A stretch of 64,000 nt of DNA from Balanoglossus misakiensis (lineage: Eukaryota; Animalia; Hemichordata): positions 7,505,129-7,569,128 of the forward strand of contig CM082576.2 of the NCBI GenBank assembly GCA_040954595.2, given 5' to 3'. Below, one piece after another: positions 1-12,856 of the stretch (position 1 is its first letter; the number at the start of each line of letters is the position of its first letter). The notes under the pieces were generated by a model. The model was not told where the DNA came from, ran no database searches, and worked only from the letters and a program-made list of their open reading frames with translations. Both the position numbers and the translations under genes were made by a program.

Positions 1-55
1 CCAAAATCATGAAACCTAAGTTAGTATTACAACTTTGTATTTGGTATATTTCCCA

Positions 56-250
56 CATTCATTCTTGCCTTCATTCATTCATTCATTCATTCATTCATTC
101 GTTCGTTCGTTCATTCATTCATTCATTCACTCACTCACTCACTCACTCACTCACTCACTCACTCACTCATTCATTCACTCATTCATTCACTCATTTATTC
201 ATCACTCACTCATTCATTCATTCATTCATTCATTCATTCATTCATTCATT
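56..250. repeat. Compound tetranucleotide microsatellite (TCAT)n/(TCGT)n/(TCAC)n
   Basis: Directly visible tandem cattcattcatt / cactcactcact arrays. They explain the HSFI/HSLT ORFs in the track. Confidence 0.97.
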
Positions 251-473
251 TATTCAAATTTTGTAGCACTGTTAGCCATCTTTTGCTAAGGATCACAGTG
301 ATATCATTATTTGCATTTTTTTCAAATATTCAGCATAATGTGCCAACAGTTTGATTAGAACAAAAGATACTGGTAACTAAAGGGAAAATTGGTAAAATTA
401 ACACACTCTGATCTCATTTATGTCTCTTCACTTATCAGAATGAAATGAAATTTGTTGGGTTTTTTATGCACAG

Positions 474-3115
474 ATTTCCGGAGCTTCCAGGGAAGTCCAG
501 TGATTCATATCAAGACCCAGGTAAAACAGTTAGCTTTTTGCAGATTTTGATTGAGTGGTGCGTTTCACAAAGTAATCGTATTGAGTCAGCAGAACGTGTT
601 GATGTAATGTAAACATTGGAAGAGTAATATTTCTAATGAATGGCGAACCATTCACCTTTGATCTGTATAAAATTGCCCAGTCATGACTCATGCGAAACTG
701 AAACTAAACAAAACAATAGAGAAGGGTTGAAGCTAGACCTCTGAATTAGAGGAAATGTTCAACGTCAAAGATCAGTCGTGGAAAATCCTGCTCGTGGGAA
801 TAATCATTTCAAATTCCACAGAAATGTTTGTGCATGAATTTTCATGGAAACTATTCTGTCATTTAGAGAAGCAGTGCAAAGCAATTAAAACAATGCAGTT
901 ACTTTTATGTTGTCATAGAATTAAGTCATCAAAAGCCATTTGATGAGGATGAGGATTTCATTTTTGCAAATTGTTCGCTGTTTTCTTAGAATAAATGCAT
1001 CAGATTTCTGATTGCAACACAAGTTTCTTACATCACTTCCCGCTGTGTTTTCAGTTCAGTTTAAGGCTGATGGCTCTGTACCTGAGAAGTGAAAGTGAAT
1101 GAATCTTGGGGTAATGTTCCCCTTTAATGCAGAAGTTTTCAGCTCTTATTCATAGACCTGTGTGAATATCTAGGATCTGTTTTTGTTAATCAAAATTTGA
1201 ATTTTTGTGTTCTTTGTTTTCAGTTGATAACCTGCTAAAGATGCTAAATCCGTCTTTGAACTTTGACCTCACCCTCCCACAGACTTTCAGGGCAGGAACA
1301 GTGTTGGTGAGTGTCAGATATCCTCAATCCCTCATTACATCTTTATAGTCAAATATTCTGTCGAATTTTGTTCATCAATTTGATTGCACACACTTTTGTT
1401 CAGCAATGCATGAACTGCAAGTTTCAGAGCATCACTGGAACCCTGCATGTTTTCAAAGGGAAGTTTGAAATGTTTTCTCACACAGGGTACTGCTGATGCA
1501 ACCGTCCGAGGCAGATTAACAGATGACAGTCACCTGCAGCATCATTACAACTGTGAGTGATATTTCATTTGCTCTTGTAGCTTGTTTTAAGAGAATTTCA
1601 CAAGTGTTTCGTGTATGAAATCAGTGTAACTGACATGGTTGTGGATATGTCGGTTATGTATTTTTTAAATTTGCATATTTTTTTCAATGCCAGGCAACAT
1701 CTACTGGCAGCCAGGAGAGATTCATCGTTTTCAGATTGGTCTGCTCAAGTATGGAAAACAGTTTGGAAACATTGCATCTTATGTGAGTGTTATAGCCCGA
1801 GTGATTGGTGACATTATTTGGCCATGCCACACAATCTAAGTTATCATTTTTGTGAAAATCATCTTTCCACGATGAATACACGTACATGTATACTAACAGC
1901 ACAAAGACATAAACAGACTAGTATGTGCTATTCAACAGGTGGTTTCTTTTGTATATGTAAATTTTCAGTTTGACGTTCCTTACCATTTACACACCTGCAG
2001 GTTGGAACAAAGTCTGTTTCGCAGTGTATGAACTTCTACAGTCTGCTGCAGAAATTGTCACCCAATTTGCAGAGCGGTGCTCGGGGCAGAAGTGCACAGG
2101 TATATTGGTTTTAAAATTACTGGTATATCTCATTCAGACATTTTGTGTCTCAAGTTTTTCTGAAAATCTGTTCCCAAGGTGTGTTACTAACTTACTATTC
2201 GTAGTACAGCGACCCCATGTATTTTTAGTATGGAAAGTGGAATCTGATGATGCACGATACAAAAAACTTTGCTGATCATACATTGATCTTTAACTCTTGT
2301 ATGACTTTGGTTTGTTATTGCTGTAGAAACCCAGAAATGTCCCCATGGATCAGACTGAACTGGGAGGAGAGAGCCTTGCTGGTAAAAGGTACGAGGGTTA
2401 CATTGGCAGTTATCACAACGGCGTCTTCAGAGCTGCCAGAGAAAATAAGAAGTCGGTCAACTGCACCAGGACTCGTGACGACGACCCTGGAGACAGAAAA
2501 CACAAGTCTGCACGAGCTGATACTGCACAACGGAAGAAGTGCAAGGTTGCCAAGGCAACGGGCAGTAATGAAGATATTGGGACGAGGAAGAATGCCAAAT
2601 GTCGAGAGAGAGTAGATGCAAGGGTTGATGCAAAGAGACGGAAAGTGAAAGGCACCAGCGATGGGGACAAAAGCTGTGACGTCAGAAGAGTGACAGATGA
2701 TGATGTGGATGGGAGTGCCAAGAAGACAATGATCCACAGGAACAAGAAAGGGCTAAAGGTCAAACTACCCATATTCTCGAAGAAAAGACGAAGAAACGGC
2801 CAAGCTAAAGAAGACACAGGTGCCTGCAGGGAGAAGTCTTCACAGAGTAACTGCAAGAGAAAGAAGCCGGGCTCGGACGCCAAGAGTCCCGTGACCAGAA
2901 TGCATGATGGGAAACGACACAAAGGCGCCGGGAGGGCCGATCGGAGATTAAGGAAATCGAGGAACTGCAAGAAGCAGGAAGTCTATTGCGCGTGTTGCAC
3001 TCAGCAGAAGTTGTCTTCTCAGGAAGAAAAGCCACCCGAGAAGAAGAAGCGAAGAGATGATGGCAAGAAGACGAGTGGCAAGACTCGCAAGGACTTGACA
3101 GCAAAGACACTTTAG
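474..3115 (+). CDS. SANT/Myb-domain nuclear protein with long Lys/Arg-rich C-terminal tail (5'-partial, spliced)
   Basis: Phase-consistent exons 474-520, 1224-1306, 1486-1552, 1694-1782, 2001-2099 and 2327-3115 (TAG), all with AG/GT ends. The joined translation includes HHYNCNIYWQPGEIHRFQIGLLKYGKQFGNIASYVGTKSVSQCMNFYSLLQK, which matches the SANT pattern W..E...F..GL..YGK.F..IA..V.TK...QC..FY seen in ELM2-SANT/NCoR-type proteins. The last exon is very basic and low in complexity. No start codon was found, so the start probably lies upstream. Confidence 0.85.
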
Positions 3116-3983
3116 TCGGAGTCTGCCCTCTAGTGGTAGGAACATAAGGAGCAAGCCAACTGGATGAATGGATTTTGAACGGCTAAAATGTCGTTTTCCA
3201 GAAGTAAAACAAATATATATTTATTGTATAAAAGAAATTCTAATATAACCATACACTATGAATAACATCCCTGTGAATAAGAAAATGTGGCTTGTAATGA
3301 AAAAAAAATGTCTTGGTTGTACACAAACCACAGAGGCAGTTCTCTCAGGAGTTTTTATTCACACAAAAATACTGCCAATAGAACAAAATTCTTGTTCATC
3401 TTTTTACGGAGGAAATTTATATAGACCTATTTAAATGTTATATCAATATTTGTATCTGTATTTATCTCAATAAATCTGATATGCATGGTAGTATCATGCA
3501 TATCAGATGCGAATACTGACACATCGGTGATAATCGTCTTTAAATTCTCTTAGCCATGAATCGAAAAAAAGTTATGATTTTATCTCGATCACACCTCTGC
3601 ACATTCCTCATGTGGTCTTTGCCTAAAGAAGCTGAAAACTGCAATAATAATCTTGCCGGTAACAAAAACTATGAAGTTACTCTTCCATACAAACAATAAA
3701 CACAAGCACACACTGCAGACTGTTACACATTTTTTAATGTACACTGTACAGTACAGATATAAAGGAAAGAAAAACGGGTCTGCCACAGCCAGACTGTTCA
3801 ATAAAATCCTAGAACAGTGGAAACCACAAAGACTAGCTTATGGTGCGCAAATGAATTGACATTCTCAGTGCCAGAGTAAAACTGATTTGTCCGTTGTGCG
3901 CCGATTCTGAAAAAAAGGAACAGGCGTTGCTCAATCTTTTCAGGTTGTTTCCTCCAATGAGGTTTTCACGTGCTTTATTGTAC

Positions 3984-4991
3984 TCAGCAACTCTCATTGC
4001 CTGCAGCTTCCTGCGTGCCAGCTTTGCCTTTGGGCATGAGGACCGGGTGGATGTGAGGTACAACACCACCACGCGATATGGTGACGGTGGACAACAGCTG
4101 GTCGAGTTCCATGTCGTTCCTCACTCCGAGCGCGATGTGACGGGGCGAGATGGTTTTCACCTTGAGTTCCCTGGCGGCGTTGCCGGCGATTTCCACAATT
4201 TCGGCCGTGAGATATTCCAACACGGCAGCCATGTACACTGCCGCCCCAATCCCTGTACGACGAGCATATCTGCCTGCAGTAGAATGCAAAATGGAGGGAA
4301 ATCAACTGAAAGTGAATAGTATAACATTTTCTTTGAAGCCGACTTCTGTAACGGCACTCGACAGGCATTGGGTGATATACGAAAGCCATGAGACGATTCA
4401 AATGATATTTTTCATTTTATCACCGAAAATATTCAACTAATGTCTTTGCTGTTTTTTGCCATGCATTTACTTTGTTCTTCATTTCGCTTCATGTTGGTTA
4501 AAAAGTCGAGAAACAGGGGGTGCGAGTAAGACTTCGAGAAATAAACTTTAAGCGTTCAAATACATTCTCAAAGTCCGCTCGCACGCACGGGTTGTTAGCT
4601 CGAAGAGCACATTGTGTATGCTTTGAGAAAACCTTACACGCCCAGAATTTCTCTGAAGCCGTGCATTGCATTTTCGACCACGTTTTGTTCATATGCCAAG
4701 TGGTTAGCTGTACCAATACACATCTTTTTGAAATATGCTGATAAATATATCGCTTTCTGTTGAGTAGGTACCGTGAAACGAGAACAAAAATCAGTTGAAA
4801 ATTGAAAGTGGAATAAAAAAGAAATCTGTAGCCACCGAGGCCAGTAACGCCGGAGAATTGTACAATGCTTTCAAGCGATTCTTACCCTTCCGAAGATATC
4901 TGTGTAACCTCGTCACTGGAAATAACACATTTGCACGAGCACTTTTCGTCTTTCGGTTTTTGACTTTGCGTTTGGTGCCCGTTTCTGCCAT
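3984..4991 (-). CDS. H2A: Divergent histone H2A variant, 131 aa, one intron
   Basis: Exon 1 is 4991-4886 ([35 protein letters not shown], donor GTAAG). Exon 2 is 4273-3984 ([96 protein letters not shown]). The H2A histone fold is clear. AATAAA lies at 3979-3974 on the - strand. Confidence 0.93.
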
Positions 4992-6199
<1,208 letters not shown>

Positions 6200-8396
6200 C
6201 CAACAGCGCAATGTGAGTGATCATAACCTGTCGTCCATGTAAATCCCCCACAATGAAGTGAAAACCTCGCCTCGACTTCCGAAGCCAACAGTTTGGAGTG
6301 AAACTCCTTGACGATGTAGACGGTAACATGAACTGGCGACGTCAGCTGCCATCACTCAGACTAATATTCGCACTTGAAAAAAAATGTCAAGCCTCCAAAT
6401 ATTTTTTACTTGAATGTTTGTATTTGATTAGTCACTTCTATTTTCCAGCTACTTGGCGGTGTAAATTCTTGTGTCTTGTAAATGTCAAATTATTTTTCAT
6501 AATAAAAGTGGTCCATTTTCTTACTTGATGTTTGGTTACTTGGGCTGTAAGTTATTAGACGAATTACTATAGCTGATTTTCAAAAATCGCAACAAATCCG
6601 GCACTTCAATGTCGGGCATGGAAGAGTACCCAGTCTATGGATATGTACACATTAACATTGGTACACGCTATCCCCAAAATATGGACTTTTATCCATTTAT
6701 TCTAGAGAAATGGCTAGAAAGTACCTTTGAAACGTATGTTCACCGTGCTCAATGTTGAGATACATGTAAACGTAATTGACTGTGTTCACCAGGTGTAAAA
6801 TTGTTGTGTCTGTGTGGCGGTTGGCTTGTGAACATGGTGAAAGTTAAATGAATGCATCTTGTAAACAGTGATTTTATCTGATATTTCTGTCCGAAGCTAT
6901 TTTCATTCATAAAAATACGGTTTCACGTTTTGTTGTGAAGTTAAAAATAGCCCATGAAAAAAGGCGCGTGTTCACCAGCGGGACTGATTTCCATGAAATG
7001 ATAGACGTATACGAATTGGATTGATATCATTGCTATGGCACCCATGCACGAGGAAGTATCCAATTTCCCAGACCAATGCAAAGATGGGCCACATGACCCG
7101 GATGTTGATCAGTTCAGTCGCTCTCGACTATGGACGTTCATTCGACAGTCATTAAAATAAACGATCAAAGATCCAATCTTATTATCTTTATAACGGTTGA
7201 AAATATACATCTCCACTATGAATTAATTGCAATAGCACTTTTTAAAATTGTGTAATGAGTAATACAGCCGCAGCTAGCACGTACTTGGCATGACAGAACA
7301 ACGTCCGATTCACTGATTTTGACTGAGCTTAGGGGATGCGTGACGACTGGAGGAAACCAGTAGTTGTTATATAAAACACAAAGACGGAATCATCGGTCTA
7401 TTTAGGTACCATTTCGATAACTTGAAAATTTCCACACGATAGAAACTATAGTCTCTTCACACTAGACTTTAATGTTCTCGCCGTGATGACGACGAACAAT
7501 TTGCACAATAAATCTAGAAAATAAGGAAAAGAGAGATTAATATATAGAGAGAACAGTTGATCAAGTTTTGTGAAAGACTGCAAAGTCACCAATGGAATAA
7601 ATATTGTCGACCCTTCCCTTCTGTGGTTTTTAATTCGTCCAGCTTATGTATGTATGCCAAAAGCTGAACAGTTTCGAAAGACACTGTCTTCAGAAATAAT
7701 TTGTACCACTTGTGTCTATTGCACAAGATAATCGCGATGGCCCAGTTTAACTAAGATGTAAGAAACCACAGTCGTGTCGAGCTTTAGGCCAACAGGGTGG
7801 TACCTTAAATACTCGCTGCGTGATCTTTCCCTATTTGGGCGTTGCGACAAATAATTTGAGCATGAAGCAATGTTGGCTTTATTTAGGAAACAAGCGCGTC
7901 AGTTCTCCTTAGCGACCATCCACCAGTTTTGTTCATGCATGTAATGTGATATAATTGTGACATTGAACATATTCATAATTAACATGATAAGTCTCAATTT
8001 AATATTTCAAATATTTTAATATTCGTAAATATATGTACATTCTACTATACAATTTTAGCAACCAGCCGCGGCAAGAAAGTTATATACCACGCATAACTTC
8101 ACGTAAAATATAAGAAAATAAGTCTTTGAAGTTTTATTAACATTTGGAAGAAAACACACTTCTCTTCAGAATGTGACAGACAAAATACCAGCAGACCCAC
8201 GTTATATATGACGGCCAGAAATAGACATGATCACGTGACCCTGACAAGCGTGGGCTCTCTCGTATCACTTCCTTGTCAAAATCTCAGATTATGAAAATTC
8301 ATCGTTGCTTTTTCCCTCCTCCCGGTCGATGATTATTGACTTCCTTCCGGGTGTGAGCGCTAAATTATGGAGCCAGTTATTTTTATTTAGACCCAC

Positions 8397-8476
8397 CACG
8401 TGACACTCAACCGGGACTTCGGGATTCCCCTTTGCATTACGGCTTAGATAACGCGGTGCAGTGAAAGTGTATAAAA
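8397..8476 (+). promoter_or_regulatory. IL-17 proximal promoter with NF-kB-like site, E-box and TATA
   Basis: GGGATTCCCC at 8421-8430 (kB consensus), CACGTG at 8397, and TATAAAA at 8470-8476, about 150 bp upstream of the ATG at 8626. Confidence 0.6.
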
Positions 8477-8625
8477 ACTTGGGGTTGAACCACCTCTCGA
8501 CAACACAACACAGTCCCAACCGAACGCCAACCCCCAAGGTCTACTACTCCTTAGTCTTTAATACGCACCAACACCTATCTATAGGCCTATACCGCGTATA
8601 AACGTCATACTGATTTTGGCCTACC

Positions 8626-9996
8626 ATGAACATTACATCTGTCTTTGAAATGGTGAGTTTTTCATGATAATTTTTTGGCATACTTTTGCCGTCTTTTCAT
8701 ATACATCTATTCCATTTATAAGTGTCAATAATTGTACATGTATTTGCGGTAAAAGAATGTCATTTTTTCTTGTTCGAAACGTGTCGTACCGGGCACTCGG
8801 AGGGGAAAGTGAAATTCGTCAACAGATGGCGCACTCCCTTACAAAACAATAACAGAAACGACCATGCGACTCCGGCAATAGATTACAATGCCAAAGTCCC
8901 GAACTATAAAAAAGAACTTAGTAAAATCTTTCATTTTAATAAGACCCACGGGAGGTACTGGTAACACATTTCATGATGTAATGATGGTGTGTGTTTTTTC
9001 TTTCTTTCAGGGTATACTAGTAATACTCTCATACATGGTCTCCATGACAGCATCTTCTCCAATATCACATCCTGAATCAAACTCGGCAGTGGATGTGGAC
9101 GAGAGTGACATTTGGCGACTGCACCTGGGTGACAGCGATCTCATCATTGGCCCCACTGCAGACGACGCCCTTAACAACCCGATGACGTCACTCCGTCAGT
9201 CAGCTGCCGTCCAGAACACCTCCCCGGAATCAGGTCGGCGGTCCAATCTGATGTCGGTACTCGATATTTACGACGAGGACGACGGAGAAGATGACGGCGA
9301 TGAAGGAATTTTTGACGAAGTGGAAATCGCGAAACGAAACACTGACACTCAGTCTCAAGCCGGGGCAACTTCACAGTGCAATTCAACTTTCAACGCGAAT
9401 ATCTCTTCATTCGGGACGACACCGGTGACCGGAGATGCGGACACGAGGATGCCGAGCACAACCATCGGCGGGCCTTGTATGGCCTTTCCCGAAGACTCGT
9501 ACGAATGCCCCGGTATTCTGCCGGTATACGGGGACGGCTACAATCTGCTGTCCACCTGCCCGTGGAAATACATCAACAATTACGACCCGAAACGGGAACC
9601 TATGCTGATCAAGAACGTCACCTGCCTGTGCGAAACGTGTCGATCGATTGACGTCACCCCGGAGGGCGAATTCTTGGCCCAAGAGATGATGATGTCTACG
9701 TGTGCAGCTATTCACTTTGACGTGGCTGTCTTAAGATGGGACGATTACACGAGAAGGTAAGAAAGCACTTGGAAAAATAGTAGATTTATTCATACGTGCC
9801 GTTTTGAAACTACATTTTTTCGGATACAAAGCATTTCGTTGATATTACATTATCGCTTTTAAAGCAAATGTACAATTATCACCCACTAAAATAACTTTTT
9901 CTCTCTCTCTCTCTCTTTGTTAGTGGGCCAGCAACACCGGGAACTGAACGAGTAAACGTCGGATGTACCTGTCTACGCACAAATTATAGAAGATGA
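8626..9996 (+). CDS. IL17: Interleukin-17 family cytokine precursor (~281 aa, 3 exons)
   Basis: Exons are 8626-8652 (MNITSVFEM), 9011-9756 and 9924-9996. The N-terminus is a hydrophobic signal peptide. The C-terminal cystine knot carries IL-17 hallmarks: STCPWKYINNYDPKREP, CLCETC, C...VAVLRW and ERVNVGCTC. Confidence 0.9.
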
Positions 9997-10055
9997 CCAG
10001 AAGGCACACGATAGAGGATGTCAACTAAAATCACTTATCAAGTTTCTTAAATCGA

Positions 10056-10070
10056 TATTTATTTATTTAT
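10056..10070 (+). promoter_or_regulatory. AU-rich element (overlapping ATTTA) in IL-17 3'UTR
   Basis: TATTTATTTATTTAT lies 60 nt after the stop codon. This is a typical cytokine mRNA instability element. Confidence 0.6.
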
Positions 10071-11202
10071 CAAACTTTGCACGATGCAACGGTCTTATGG
10101 GGAAAAGAAAAAACTTTCAGCGTCTTTTAAGATTTATAAAACCATATCCAAATGATTTTTATAATCGTTTTCTTGTCTGAAAACGTATAATTATTTTAGT
10201 AATGAATATTTTATTTAGACATACATACATGTACTACGCCATTTTAGCTTGAGTGTGACGGGGTGAACCCCACAAGTGACTTCGCCGGACCTAAGCCTCT
10301 GTCGACCGTGTCGTTGGGAGAAATACATTTGACGGAAAGTGTGTGAGTGATGTGACACGCGTCGTCGGTATTTCGTTTTTGGTTTCAAAGCCACAATTTT
10401 AAACGCGACTGCGGCAATTTTGAAGGTGGATTTTTTGTCGAACTTGTAAAACATAGGCCTACTGCACGCGTGGGCCAATCGTCTGTACTGTGGCATACTT
10501 GATTAGGACCTGACATGAAAAGTATAACCTGCCAGATGATTTGAGGTGTCTCCACACCCCGACTATCCCACAATTCCATGCGTTTCAGACAAACAGACGA
10601 AGCTGTCCACCGAACAACAAAAAAGGACGTTGCCACGCCCAACTGAATTCACCGCTGGCTGTATTGGTCCCAATGTCCAGTCTACATACAACCACGACAT
10701 CTCTTGCTCATCTCAGAACACTCAAGGCACAAATGCCGTTAAAAATTATTCAAATGTACCCTTTGAAAGGGACAAGATTTAAGTAATCTCTATGAGATTT
10801 TAAACATACACTTGCATTAATTATATCCATATTTAATCATTATTTAACTCAATCACTCTGTCACATGTGTCGTCATTTAAATTTAATAATTCTGCGATTA
10901 AAGACACGATGATCTATTTCTTGTCAATTTCATTTAAGTAAGTTCTTTTTCCAAAATGATGTCATAACCAATCAAATAATTTTAAGGGAATATGCAGATA
11001 CAGTGTAATTGGTTATCTTATTCAATGGCCTTATTAGTATGTAGAATATGAGAATATAATTAGCTGTGCTCCCACAACCATACATGGCCAACACCTATAT
11101 TAGCACGTTGACGTTGATTGTCCTTTGGGGAGAGGCAAAACAAACGACGCCAGCAAGAAATTTTCACTTTCCATTTTCATATTAAGTGTTCTAATTTCAC
11201 GG

Positions 11203-11400
11203 TCACCTTCGAGTATAATCATCCCACTTTAAGACGGTCAGATCAAAATGATTGGTTGCGCGTGCTGACACCTGCGCCACCCCAGGGAGAAACGTTCCCT
11301 CCCACGAGACAAGTTTCGCACAGGCAGGTGACAGACCGATTCCTGATCGAGTCCTTTTCCCGCTTCGGGTCGAAACTGTTGATGTATTTCCACGGCCATT
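11203..11400 (-). pseudogene. Degenerate inverted IL-17 paralogue
   Basis: The - strand reads WPWKYINSFDPKREKDSIRNRSVTCLCETC and then, in another frame, HFDLTVLKWDDYTRR followed by GT at the same donor position as the intact gene. The DNA clearly aligns to 9556-9758. It has a frameshift, a CPW to WPW change, and no clean VGCTC exon. Confidence 0.85.
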
Positions 11401-12856
11401 CAAGTTTTATATTTGTCAAACGCTCACACGCTCTCTCTCTCTTCCCCCTCCCCACCCCCTCTCTCCGTCAAACTTGCAAAGAAATGTGCCACATCATGTT
11501 TAATCGATTTATGAACCCCTGACGAAGCCAATGCTGAAAGATCATCCGTCAATATCACAATCGGTTAAGTTTTTGCTCTCTAAATTTGATACCTTAATTT
11601 TTGTTAAACCCTCGCGGGTAATTAGACTAGCCTAATCGTCCCATCATGCTGGCGCTTATCAATTATAAATGGCACATGACCCTGAAGTGGCCGTGGGTGT
11701 AGTGAATTGTTCAGTTCCAATTTGACACTCCCTGTGGTTGACTCACTGCCAATGTACACGGTCCGCTGGTCGTCAGTTGCCATTTCGTGCTGTGCTTCTA
11801 CTGAGTGAAAATGACAAAGAAGTGTCTGGGAAAAATATTCCATATTCGCCGTCACGTCATCTGATCCACGTTTGTCAGCGCATAATTGCTGCAAATACCG
11901 ATCAAGGAAATGTTCACACCGACTATTATACTCCAAGAAAACAGGAGTGCGACTTTACTTTTTTTATAAAAAAATAATTATTACATTTTTTTTCTGATAA
12001 CCAAAATAAGTTAAGTGGCCTTCAGCTAAATTACTCACCACGGAAATTAAATAAAACTAATGGGGCGTAATGTGGAACGATTTTTAAACAACGTAGCAGC
12101 TGCCTAAGTTCCTCGGGGACTCGGAAAATTTTGAACTTCGGTCTGGTTCAATTGACGCGCCCGTGCCCGGCGGCTGTATCACTCACTGTCGCAACGAGGG
12201 ACCGTCGTGTGAAATGGAAAGTATCGAATAGAAATTTGCCGCTTGGTCCACTAAGTCGAGGCATGGTCAGTCTGTGCGTGTGAATGCATTTTGCCGCCAT
12301 TATGATCCAAGACGAAAATATACAAATCTATAAGAGTAATTAATCATGCACTCATGATGGTGTTTATCGCATTATTTGATTTGTTTATCTGGAAATTTCC
12401 TTCCGATTCTCACAAAGGTTCACTCTCAGGTCGTAGCGATAGCGTTATCTTAAAGATGTACTACAACGATGCAGACCTGCTGACCTTTCCGGAAGAGTTT
12501 AGTACAATAGGCAGATAGTGATCCATCGTATTGCTCGTGGCTCCGGCCAAAAACAACAACACCGTGACTGGGGGCGGCGCAAGTTGATAGTAAAAAATAT
12601 TGGAACTGTTATGCTTGACTGACTTATCGACGATCGGCAATACCGGTAATTAGCGCGATAATAATCAACTATAGGAAATTAGCTCATCTGATATAGTTAG
12701 TTGTCCGTGATCTGTCACTCACGGTATCTCCACATTGTTTGGGCGATAATCTGGGACTGTTCAGTCCTATATATATACAGGCTGATCTCTCGCCACTAGA
12801 AGCAAACACCCGGAGCTGCCTGCATATTTGTTTCTCGCACCGTATAGCGCTTTCAG

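Noticed and set aside
9-289. His/Ser-rich ORFs
   Set aside because: They are translations of the TCAT/TCAC microsatellite.
2345-3115. Stand-alone histone H1 or protamine-like gene
   Set aside because: It has no winged-helix H1 globular domain, and it is the in-frame last exon of the SANT gene (acceptor at 2326).
6200-6300. Histone 3' stem-loop after H4
   Set aside because: There is no match to the GGYYYTTYNNARRRCC hairpin consensus, and an AATAAA is present at 6501.
10541-10786. Overlapping short ORFs between the two IL-17 copies
   Set aside because: No recognisable domain, IL-17 similarity or convincing splice context.
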